Origin: an uncultured Acidobacteriota bacterium
GTDB lineage: Bacteria; Acidobacteriota; Thermoanaerobaculia; Multivoradales; UBA5704
Direction of reading: 5' to 3'
Assembly (NCBI GenBank): GCA_963770895.1
Contig: CAVYRF010000002.1
Location: 1,408,001 to 1,472,000 of the forward strand
Length of the DNA: 64,000 nucleotides
A program made the position numbers and the translations under genes. Positions 37,477-45,977 of this stretch are shown piece by piece. Every line of letters starts with the position of its first letter. Position 1 is the first letter of the stretch. Under the pieces are notes generated by a model. The model had not been told where the DNA came from and did not search any database. It saw only the letters and a program-made list of their open reading frames with translations.

Positions 37477-38004
37477 ATGCATTGCCATTTGCGCATGAAG
37501 GAAAAGGGTTTCACTCTGATCGAGCTGTTGGTGGTGATCGCGATCATCGGCATCATTGCCGCGCTGCTCATCCCCAATCTGATCGATTCGCTACAGAAGG
37601 CGAAGCAGAAGCGCACCATGGGCGACATGAAGATCCTGGGCACGGCGATGTTCGCCTGGCTGACCGACCAGGCGGCCGCGGCATCCGCCGGCCAGACCGC
37701 CACCGCCGTCGATCTGACCGCATACGGCACGCAGATCTCGGCGGACAGTTTGGCAACGGTTCTGGTCAGCCAGTACGTACAGTCGGTGCCGGTGCTCGAC
37801 GGTTGGAAAAATCCTTACCAATACTATTTGAACGTAACCAACCCGCACGCCCAGCAGGTGATGGCGATCCGCAGCCTCGGCCGCGACGATGCCGCCGACA
37901 CCACCTCGTACACCGTCACCTCGTTCGACCCGACCGATTACGATCGCGACCTGGTCTGGGCCGACGGCTTCATGGTGCGCTGGCCGGCCAAGGGCGGAGG
38001 GTAG
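37477..38004 (+). CDS. Type IV pilin / GspG-like (pseudo)pilin, probable major pilin
   Basis: Class III signal KEKG|FTLIELLVVIAIIGIIAALLIP; DGWKNPYQY and IRSLGRD motifs. Confidence 0.88.
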   Translation: MHCHLRMKEKGFTLIELLVVIAIIGIIAALLIPNLIDSLQKAKQKRTMGDMKILGTAMFAWLTDQAAAASAGQTATAVDLTAYGTQISADSLATVLVSQYVQSVPVLDGWKNPYQYYLNVTNPHAQQVMAIRSLGRDDAADTTSYTVTSFDPTDYDRDLVWADGFMVRWPAKGGG

Positions 38005-38071
38005 CTGGTGACCCGCGCGGGTTACTAGCTCCCTCTACCCGCCAGGCTGCCAAGCTCGGCGCTCCCAGGGA

Positions 38072-40540
38072 ATGCAACAACCGCCGCCGCGCAGCCGGCG
38101 ATTCGCCGGACTGCGCCGTGGCTGGCCGGTGCTGCTGGGCGGCGCCTGGCTCGCCTTGCTGGTGGCGCCGGTGCTGGCGCCCGGCCGCGTGCTGGCCAAC
38201 CGCGACATCCTGCTGTTCCACCTGCCGCTCTCCGCCTGCTTTCGCACCCTCGCGGCCGCCGGCCACCTGCCGCAGTGGAACCCCTGGCTGAACGGCGGCC
38301 AGCCGATCCTTTCCAATCCGAATTACGCGGCCTTCTATCCACCGACCTGGCTGCTGCTGCCGCTGCCGCCCATCGACGCGCTCAACCTTTCGCTCGCCCT
38401 CCACCTGGCCATCGCCTTTGCCGGCGCCTGGCGTCTGGCGCGCCGCCTGGGCGCCGGCCGCGGCGCCGCCGCCTTTGCCGCCGTCGCCTATTCGGGCAGC
38501 GGCGCGCTGCTGTCGCTGGCCAGCGCCTTCAGCCTGTTGCGCGGCATGAGCTGGGTGCCCTGGGTGCTCAGCTTCGGCGCCGCCACGCTCGACGCCCCCG
38601 CCGATCCCGCGGCGCCCGCCGGCACCGCCGCCGGCCGGCGCGGCTGGCTGCGCCCGGCCGCCCTGTGCGGCCTGGCGCTCGCCATGGTGCTGCTCAACGG
38701 CGAGCCCTCGATGATGACCATCTGCTGCATCGCGCTGGCGGCGCTCGCCGCCGCGGAGCTGCGGCGGCGGCCCGCCGCCGCCTGCCGCGCGCTGGTGCCC
38801 CTGCTGCTGGCCCTGGCGCTGGCGACGGTGCAGCTGCTGCCCACCGCCGTGCGCCTTGCCGGCACGTCGCGCGCCCTGGGGTTGCCGGCGGTGGAAGCGG
38901 TGCACTGGTCGTTGCCGCCGGCGCGCCTCGTCGAGCTGGCGCTGCCGCATTTCTTCGGCGACCCGTCGCGCAACATGGAAGGGCTGTTCTTCGGCCGCGG
39001 CATCCACGACGCCGAGTACCCCTACGTCCCCTCGCTGTATCCCGGCCTGCTGGTCAGCCTGCTCGCCCTGCCGGCGCTGGCGCTGTGGCCGATTCCGCGC
39101 CGGCTGTCCTGGATCCTCTGCGTCGCCGGCGGCGCCTTTCTTGCCCTGGGCCGCCACAACCCGCTCTACCTGCCGGCCCGCCGCCTGCTGCCGCCGCTCG
39201 GGGTGCAGCGGTTCCCCGAGAGGTTCATCGTCCTGGCCCTGCTGGCACTGGTCTTCGCCGCAGCCCTGGGCTGGCAGCGCCTGCTCGACGAGCGGCGCGC
39301 GGGCAGACCGCAAGCCGCCGACCTGCCGCTCGCGCTCGCCGCGGTGGTGACGGCGGTCGCCGCGCTGCTGACCGCGCTGCTGTACGGCGCCCCCGCCCTG
39401 CCGCTGGTGTTCCTGCGCGAGCACGGCCAGGCCGGCGCCACGGCGGCGACCCTTGCTCGCGGCCTGCTGTTCCTGCGCCACGAAGGTTGGTGGGCGATCG
39501 CCACCGCCGCCGCCGCGACCGCGCTGTTCGCGCTCTGCCGCTGGCGGCGGCCCCGACCCGCCGCCCTCTGCGCCCTGGCGGTGCTGCTGCTGGCGGCAGA
39601 CCTCTGGCACTCGGGCCGCACCCTGCTGCTCACCGTGCCGGCCTCCCAATACCGCGCCACCGCACCGGCCATCCTGCGCCAGCTGCGCGGCGGCAGCGCC
39701 CGCATCTTCGTCGAGGAGCTGCCCGAAGAGCAGCAGCTGCCGCTGGCGCCGTCCCCCGCCGGCTACGACGCGGCCCTGGCGCGCGAGCTGCTGGAGCGCG
39801 CCGCGCCCTACTCCGCGGCGCTGTGGCAGGTCGGCTACGCGCTCAACAACGACTTCGATCGCATGCTCACCCACTGGGGGTCGGTCGCGCTCGGCGTGCT
39901 CCACGCCGACCTGCGCCAGCAGCCTGAGATGGCGTTTCGCCTGCTCGGCGCCTGGAACGTGGGCGGCATGCTGCTGCGCGCCTCGACCGCCGCCGGCGTG
40001 CCCGAGGACGCGGTGGCGATCGGCCCGGCCAACACCGCCGCCGCGGCCCCCAGGCAGATTCTGCAGAACCCCTTCCGCCTGCCGCTCTATCGCTTCGTGC
40101 CCCAGGTCAGCTTCTATCCCGACCACGGCAGCGCCCTCTACTTCGCCCGCCGCGAAGGGTTTGCCGTCAATCGCCACGAACATTGCGTGCGCGCCGGGGC
40201 GCCGGCGGGGGATATGCACATCTACCCGGCGGCGCCGCTGCTGCTCGACTTTCATGCCCAGGCGGCGCGGCTCGACCTGCGCTACCGCTCGGCGTGCGGC
40301 GGCTTTTTCGTCACCGCCACGACCTTCGACGAGGGCTGGCGGGCGACCGTCGACGGCGCTCCCCTGGCGGTCTACCCGACCGCCGCCGGCCAGCTGGGCG
40401 TCGAGCTGCCGCCGGGCGAGCATCGCCTGGCGCTCTCCTATCGCGACCGCTGGGTACCCGCCGGCGCCGCGGTCAGCCTCATCGCCCTGACCGCCTGCGC
40501 GGTGCTGCTCGCCCGCCCGCGGCGGGCTGCCGCCGGGTAG
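38072..40540 (+). CDS. YfhO-like multi-TM GT-C protein between the pilin gene and pilD
   Basis: NRDILLFHLP, LPQWNPWLNGGQPILSNPNYAAFYP, RFPERF, FDEGWRATVDG...LPPGEHRLALSY. Confidence 0.8.
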   Translation: MQQPPPRSRRFAGLRRGWPVLLGGAWLALLVAPVLAPGRVLANRDILLFHLPLSACFRTLAAAGHLPQWNPWLNGGQPILSNPNYAAFYPPTWLLLPLPPIDALNLSLALHLAIAFAGAWRLARRLGAGRGAAAFAAVAYSGSGALLSLASAFSLLRGMSWVPWVLSFGAATLDAPADPAAPAGTAAGRRGWLRPAALCGLALAMVLLNGEPSMMTICCIALAALAAAELRRRPAAACRALVPLLLALALATVQLLPTAVRLAGTSRALGLPAVEAVHWSLPPARLVELALPHFFGDPSRNMEGLFFGRGIHDAEYPYVPSLYPGLLVSLLALPALALWPIPRRLSWILCVAGGAFLALGRHNPLYLPARRLLPPLGVQRFPERFIVLALLALVFAAALGWQRLLDERRAGRPQAADLPLALAAVVTAVAALLTALLYGAPALPLVFLREHGQAGATAATLARGLLFLRHEGWWAIATAAAATALFALCRWRRPRPAALCALAVLLLAADLWHSGRTLLLTVPASQYRATAPAILRQLRGGSARIFVEELPEEQQLPLAPSPAGYDAALARELLERAAPYSAALWQVGYALNNDFDRMLTHWGSVALGVLHADLRQQPEMAFRLLGAWNVGGMLLRASTAAGVPEDAVAIGPANTAAAAPRQILQNPFRLPLYRFVPQVSFYPDHGSALYFARREGFAVNRHEHCVRAGAPAGDMHIYPAAPLLLDFHAQAARLDLRYRSACGGFFVTATTFDEGWRATVDGAPLAVYPTAAGQLGVELPPGEHRLALSYRDRWVPAGAAVSLIALTACAVLLARPRRAAAG

Positions 40541-40553
40541 AATCTCCGCCATC

Positions 40554-41339
40554 GTGCCACCGCTCCCCGCGCCCCGCCTGCTGCTCGACCTGTTCGCCGC
40601 CCTGTTCGGACTCATCGCCGGCAGCTACCTGAACGTCGTCATCTACCGCCTGCCGCGCGGCCTGTCGACGGTCACGCCGCGCTCCGCCTGCCCGGCCTGC
40701 GGCGCGCCGGTGCGCGCCGTCGACAACCTGCCGCTGCTGTCGTTCCTGCTGCTGGGCGGCCGCTGCCGCGATTGCCGGGCGCGGATCTCGTGGCGCTATC
40801 CGCTGGTCGAGGCGACGACCGCGGCACTCTTCGTCGCCTCGCTGGAGCGCTTCGGCCCCACTCCGTCGGCTCTCGCCGCGGCGTTTTTCTGCTGCCTGAT
40901 GATGGCCCTGGCGCTCATCGATCTGGACCACCTGATCCTGCCCGATCGCCTCACCCTTTCGGGGCTGGTGGCGGGGCTGGCGATGGCGGCCTGGCTGCCC
41001 TGGGGAGGCATCCGGCAGGCCGCGATCGGCGCGCTGCTGGGCGCGGCGGTGCTGGCGGCGGTCTGGGCGGGATGGTACCTGGTGCGGCACGAAGAGGGGA
41101 TGGGCCTGGGGGACGTCAAGATGCTCGCCCTGATCGGCGCCTTCGTCGGCTGGCGCGGCGTCCTGGTGACCCTCTTTTTTGCTTCGTTCGCCGGTGCAGC
41201 GACCGGCCTGGCGCTGATCGCGCTGCACGGCGCCGGCATGCGATCCAAGCTCCCCTTCGGCAGCTTTCTGGCGCTCGGCGGCGTGATCGCGATGTTCGCC
41301 GGCCGCCAGATCGCCGCCTGGTACGGACACTTCCTGTGA
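40554..41339 (+). CDS. pilD: Prepilin peptidase / N-methyltransferase
   Basis: GSYLNVVIYRLP, CPAC...CRDC, ISWRYPLVE, IDLDHLILPD, GMGLGDVK, LPFGSFL. Confidence 0.95.
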   Translation: MPPLPAPRLLLDLFAALFGLIAGSYLNVVIYRLPRGLSTVTPRSACPACGAPVRAVDNLPLLSFLLLGGRCRDCRARISWRYPLVEATTAALFVASLERFGPTPSALAAAFFCCLMMALALIDLDHLILPDRLTLSGLVAGLAMAAWLPWGGIRQAAIGALLGAAVLAAVWAGWYLVRHEEGMGLGDVKMLALIGAFVGWRGVLVTLFFASFAGAATGLALIALHGAGMRSKLPFGSFLALGGVIAMFAGRQIAAWYGHFL

Positions 41340-43309
41340 GCCCGCGGCGCGCGGCCGGCGGCGGCGATGCCGCGGTCCCGCCGCCGCACGACCTTCGCCG
41401 GCGCGCCCGCCTGGGCCTGCGCGGCGAGCTGCAGATCCTGCTGCCCGCCGCCCTGCTGCTGCTGGTGGTGGTCTCGACCTTCACCTTCTTTTCCTACCGC
41501 GGCGCCCTGCTGGCGCTGGCCGAAGAGCGCCAGACCGAAGCGGCGCGGCTGGCGCGCGGCGTCGCCGACCGGCTGGTCGCGCCGGGCGGGCCCGCCACCC
41601 ACCCCGTCGCGGCGGCGCCGCTGCCCGCCGCCGACTGGCTGGCAAACCAGGCGCCGGGCGCCCGCGGCACGGGGCTGCTGGACGCCACCGGCTCCCCCCT
41701 GGTGACGGCGGGCGAGCAGCAGCCGCTCCCCATCCCGCCGCTGCCGCCGGCGCACGCGCACCCGTTTGCCGCCGGCCCCGACGCCAGCCTGCCGGACGTC
41801 GTCGCCGCCTGGGTGCCGCTGGTGGCGCCGCCGTCCGGTGCGGCCGGCGGCGGCGCCGCTCTGCGCTACGTGCGGGTCGACCTGCCGGCGGCAACCCTTG
41901 CCGCCCAGCTGCGCGCCATCCGCTACCTGGGCTGGCTGGTGCTGCCGGTCAACACGGCGCTGGTGCTGCTGGTGCTGCTCTTCCTGCGCCACCTGCTCAC
42001 CCCGTACGAGACCCTGCTGGCGCGCGCCCGCGCGCTGGCGCCCGCGGCGCCCGACGACCGCCCGGACGAAGACGAAGCCTCGTTCCTGATCGCCACCCTG
42101 GAGCGCGCCCTCGAAGCGCTGGGCGAGCGCCAGGGCGGCGGCGCCGACGGCGGCGGCAGCCGCGCCGACGAAGACCTGGCAGCGATCGAGCGCACCCTTG
42201 CCGCCAGCCTGGAGAGCGGCCTGCTGCTGCTCGGGCGCGACGGCCGCGTGCTGTCGCTCAACCCGCCGGGCGCGGCGCTGCTCGGCGCGCCGCCGGCGGC
42301 CGTGGGAGTGCCCTTCGCGGAGCTGCTGGCACCGCACCCGGGCATGCTGGGGCCGGTCGCCGCCGCCATCGCCCGCGCCCAGCCGGTGAAGCGCCAGGAG
42401 TGCACCCTGCAGAAGCCCGGCGGCGCGCCGGTGACCCTGGGGCTGAGCGTCCACCCGCTGCGGCGCGACGACGGCGCGGTGCGCGGCTACCTGGTGCTGT
42501 TCGCCGACCTGACCGAAGCGCACCAGCGCGCCCAGGAGAGCCGGCTCACCGACCGCCTGGCGACGCTGGGCGAGATGGCCGCCGGCGTCGCCCACGAGCT
42601 GCGCAACAGTCTGGCCACGCTGCGCGGCTATCTGACCCTGATCGAGCGGCGGCCGGACGAGGAGTCGATCGCCGACTTCCTGGCCGAGATCCGCCACGAA
42701 TCCGACCACCTGCAGCGCGTGCTGGAGGACTTCCTGGCCTTCGCCCGGCCGGGCACCGCCCGCTTCCAGAGCGTGTCGATGGCGGCGCTGGCGCGGCGGG
42801 TGGCGAGCGATCCCGCCCTGGGCGGCATCGCTGTCGCGGTGCGCGCCGGCGGCGCGCCGGACCGGCTGCTCCCGGCCGGCACCGCGGATGCGGCGGAGGG
42901 GCCGGCTGCGACGGGGCGGCTGCGCGGCGACCCGCAGCTGATCGAGCGGGCGCTGCGCAACCTGCTGCACAACGCCGCCCAGGCCGAGCGCGAGGCCGGG
43001 CGCGACGGCCCCGTCGAGCTGATCGTCGAAGAGCACCCGGCCGGCATCGAGATCACGGTCGCCGACCGCGGACCGGGCGTGCCGGCGGAGCTGCGCGGCC
43101 GGCTGTTCCACCCCTTCGCCACCGGGCGGCCCGGCGGCGTCGGGCTCGGCCTGGCGCTCGCCCACCGCATCATGACGCTGCACGGCGGCCGCATCCGCCT
43201 GGAAGATCGCGAGGGCGGCGGCACCCTGGCGGCCCTCTTCTTCCCGCGCGACACTTTCGTTACCGATGGTAGCAACATGGGCCTGGACGAGCTTGCCCCG
43301 CCGCTCTGA
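41336..43309 (+). CDS. pilS: Membrane sensor histidine kinase with PAS domain (PilS-like)
   Basis: Two TMs and a PAS-like region; AGVAHELRNSL, NLLHNAAQA, DRGPG, FHPF, GVGLGL; located in the pilus locus. Confidence 0.75.
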   Translation: MSPRRAAGGGDAAVPPPHDLRRRARLGLRGELQILLPAALLLLVVVSTFTFFSYRGALLALAEERQTEAARLARGVADRLVAPGGPATHPVAAAPLPAADWLANQAPGARGTGLLDATGSPLVTAGEQQPLPIPPLPPAHAHPFAAGPDASLPDVVAAWVPLVAPPSGAAGGGAALRYVRVDLPAATLAAQLRAIRYLGWLVLPVNTALVLLVLLFLRHLLTPYETLLARARALAPAAPDDRPDEDEASFLIATLERALEALGERQGGGADGGGSRADEDLAAIERTLAASLESGLLLLGRDGRVLSLNPPGAALLGAPPAAVGVPFAELLAPHPGMLGPVAAAIARAQPVKRQECTLQKPGGAPVTLGLSVHPLRRDDGAVRGYLVLFADLTEAHQRAQESRLTDRLATLGEMAAGVAHELRNSLATLRGYLTLIERRPDEESIADFLAEIRHESDHLQRVLEDFLAFARPGTARFQSVSMAALARRVASDPALGGIAVAVRAGGAPDRLLPAGTADAAEGPAATGRLRGDPQLIERALRNLLHNAAQAEREAGRDGPVELIVEEHPAGIEITVADRGPGVPAELRGRLFHPFATGRPGGVGLGLALAHRIMTLHGGRIRLEDREGGGTLAALFFPRDTFVTDGSNMGLDELAPPL

Positions 43310-43371
43310 CCACACCCGCCAAGCCTAACAAAACAAATAGCTTCCTCGTTTTTCTGCAGGGGCGCGGCGAT

Positions 43372-43386
43372 TGGCCCGCACCTTGC
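43372..43386 (+). promoter_or_regulatory. Putative sigma54 promoter of the minor pilin operon
   Basis: TGGCCC-GCACC-TTGC has the GG-N10-GC spacing; an AT-rich, possibly IHF-like tract lies at 43321-43345. Confidence 0.6.
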
Positions 43387-43451
43387 TGTACGTCCCCACC
43401 AGCGATTTTCCCGTGCCGCGGCCCCGTCGTTGCGGCCCACTCCTGGAGCGC

Positions 43452-44015
43452 ATGCGGATGACGACTCGAACGGTCTTTACGGCAGAGGTTTCGCCGGCCG
43501 CCGCCGGCCGCCGCGGACAGCGCGGCTTCTCGATGATCGAGGCGCTGATCGCCGCGGCGCTCATCGGCCTGGTCGCCATCGGCCTCATCCCGATGTTCAC
43601 CCGCGCGATGAGCGACAACATGGCGGGCTCCGACTACACCCGCGTCAGCAACTACGCCAAGTCGGAGGAAGAGGACTTTGCCCGCGCGCCCTACGGCGTC
43701 ATGAGCACCGAGATTTCGGTCGGCAGCAGCACGGCGCAGAAGCTGGAATACCTCAACCCGTCGACCCTGCAGTGGGTGATCGGCACCCCCCCGGCGGGCA
43801 ACTCTTCGATCGTCTGGACCCGCACCACCACTTACTCGCAATACAGCATCTACGACACCGACACCGACCAGACCTTCGACTATCCGGTGCCCGGCGGCAC
43901 GGCTCCCGACGCGGTCCAGATCCTCCAGGCGCAGGTGCAGGTCAAGGCCGTCTCGCCGATCGGCCCCGAGGGCGGCCACCGGTCCACCATCATCCGCTTC
44001 CTGAAGGCTTTTTGA
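43452..44015 (+). CDS. pilV: Minor pilin, PilV-like
   Basis: GQRG|FSMIEALIAAALIGLVAIGLIPMF; first gene of the V-W-X-Y1 order. Confidence 0.78.
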   Translation: MRMTTRTVFTAEVSPAAAGRRGQRGFSMIEALIAAALIGLVAIGLIPMFTRAMSDNMAGSDYTRVSNYAKSEEEDFARAPYGVMSTEISVGSSTAQKLEYLNPSTLQWVIGTPPAGNSSIVWTRTTTYSQYSIYDTDTDQTFDYPVPGGTAPDAVQILQAQVQVKAVSPIGPEGGHRSTIIRFLKAF

Positions 44016-44025
44016 GGAGCCGCCC

Positions 44026-45330
44026 TTGACCGCACCAGCTCGACAGTTCGCGACGTTGCCACCCGGCCGCGCCAGCAGGCGCGAGGGCGGCTTCACCTTG
44101 ATCGAAATGACGATCGCGCTCCTGGTCACCGTCGAGGTGATCCTGGCCGGTCTCGCACTGTTCGACTTCCACAACAAGCTGGCGCGGGTGCAGACCCAGA
44201 TCAGCGACATGCAGCAGTCGATGCGCATCTCGCAGTACGAGATCGTGCGGCTGACGCGCATGGCCGGCCGCGGCAGCTTCCCGGCGATCCTCCATCCCGG
44301 GCAGCTCAATACCCTCTGGGGAGCGGTTTCGGTGCGCAACAACGTGGGTGGCACGGTGTCTCAACAGATCGCGATCGGCTATGCAGGCGCCCCCACGGCG
44401 GTGCTCGGCTCCGACATCCTGACGCTGCGCGGAGTGTTCAGCACCTCGGTCGTCCAGGCCCTCCCGACACCCCAGGCGCTGACCCTGGCGGGCGGCTCAT
44501 CCACCCCCGCCACCGCTACCAGCGGCACCCTGGTCATCTGTGGCTATTCGACCACCGGCATCGCCCAGAACCTGGCCGGGCTGACCAACGCGGTGACCGC
44601 CGGTTTCCCCGAGGCGATCATCCTGGTCAGCCCGGCGTCGGATTTCACCTACGCCGTCGTCGAGCTGAACCCGGGAAGCTCGGATATCACCGACAACCAG
44701 CCGTCCTGTCCCGCCGGGACCGCGACTCCCAACGGTATCAAGCTGGCATTCAACATCACGGGCGACGCCAACGCCACCGCCTACCAGGCCCTGGGCTCGG
44801 GCACCAGCGCCATCGGCTTGCCGCCGACCATGTCCGCGGTGCTGTGGGTCGGTATCCTTGAGGAGTACCGCTACTACGCGCGCCAGGACTACGTGGTGCC
44901 AGGCAACACCGCCAGCGATTGGGCGCCCCACCTGTCGCGCGCGCGCATGTATCCCGGCACCGAAACACCGTACCAGGGCAACGCCGCCAACCTGCAGGTG
45001 GATGTCGCCGACAACGTGCTCGATCTGCAGGTTTCGCTCGGCGTGGACTTGAACGGCGACGGCATCCTCACCGAGGACACCCCGCCGGACAACACCGACG
45101 AATGGCTGGGCAATGCGGTGGGGGACACCCTGACACCGCAGACGCCGTTGCGCGAGGTGCGCATCTCCACCCTGGCCAAGACCGGCAACCGCGATCCCAG
45201 CTACCAGGCCACGCTCCTCACCCAGATCGAAGACCACGTCTACACCGCCGGCTCATGGCCGAATACGCAGCAGGGCCGCGCCTACCGCCGCCGCCTGCTG
45301 CAAACGGTCGTGGGACTGCGCAACCTTTAG
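44026..45330 (+). CDS. pilW: Minor pilin, PilW-like
   Basis: REGG|FTLIEMTIALLV, RMAGRG, VADNVLDLQVSLGVDLNGDG, LREVRIS, TVVGLRNL. Confidence 0.8.
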   Translation: MTAPARQFATLPPGRASRREGGFTLIEMTIALLVTVEVILAGLALFDFHNKLARVQTQISDMQQSMRISQYEIVRLTRMAGRGSFPAILHPGQLNTLWGAVSVRNNVGGTVSQQIAIGYAGAPTAVLGSDILTLRGVFSTSVVQALPTPQALTLAGGSSTPATATSGTLVICGYSTTGIAQNLAGLTNAVTAGFPEAIILVSPASDFTYAVVELNPGSSDITDNQPSCPAGTATPNGIKLAFNITGDANATAYQALGSGTSAIGLPPTMSAVLWVGILEEYRYYARQDYVVPGNTASDWAPHLSRARMYPGTETPYQGNAANLQVDVADNVLDLQVSLGVDLNGDGILTEDTPPDNTDEWLGNAVGDTLTPQTPLREVRISTLAKTGNRDPSYQATLLTQIEDHVYTAGSWPNTQQGRAYRRRLLQTVVGLRNL

Positions 45331-45351
45331 CAACCTTTTTAGAGGACTGCC

Positions 45352-45954
45352 ATGCCAGCGCTGCCCAACTTCCTTGTGATCGCTGCCGCCGCCCATCCCG
45401 CGCCGCCGGCCCGCTCCTCGCGGGGCGAGCGGGGCAGCGCGTTCACCGTCGCGCTGCTGGTGCTGCTGGTGCTCACCATCGCCGGCCTGGCGCTGACCCT
45501 GATCACCCAGACCGAGGTGCGCATCGGCACCAACGAACGCACCACCAACCGTTCGCTGTATGCCACCGATTCGGGGATCCATGTGGCCACCGCGCGCAAT
45601 CTCTGGCGCGGCAGCAACGTCCCCGCGCTCACGTTCTTTCTCAACACCACCAATCAGGACACCGGCAGCTCGCCGGCGACCACCTTCAGCGATCAGGTCA
45701 CGGTGACGCCGCTGCAGGCGATGTCCTGGCAGCCGTCGTTTTACGGTCAGGTCAACCAGAACACCCAGAACTATTCGAACATTACCTACGTCGTCAATTC
45801 GGTCGGCACCCGCGTGGGAGTCAACGGGACCACCAACCAGACGATCGCCAAGACGACGCTCAGCTGCATGATCAGCATCCAGCCGTCGCCCCAGCAGGCC
45901 GCCCAGGTGAACAACATCACCCTGATCAACACGACGGACCCTTTGCAGTTCTGA
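45352..45954 (+). CDS. pilX: Minor pilin, PilX-like
   Basis: GERG|SAFTVALLVLLVLTIAGLAL (no Glu5); SLYATDSGI. Confidence 0.8.
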   Translation: MPALPNFLVIAAAAHPAPPARSSRGERGSAFTVALLVLLVLTIAGLALTLITQTEVRIGTNERTTNRSLYATDSGIHVATARNLWRGSNVPALTFFLNTTNQDTGSSPATTFSDQVTVTPLQAMSWQPSFYGQVNQNTQNYSNITYVVNSVGTRVGVNGTTNQTIAKTTLSCMISIQPSPQQAAQVNNITLINTTDPLQF

Positions 45955-45977
45955 GCCAGGCATCGCACGGAGGATCC

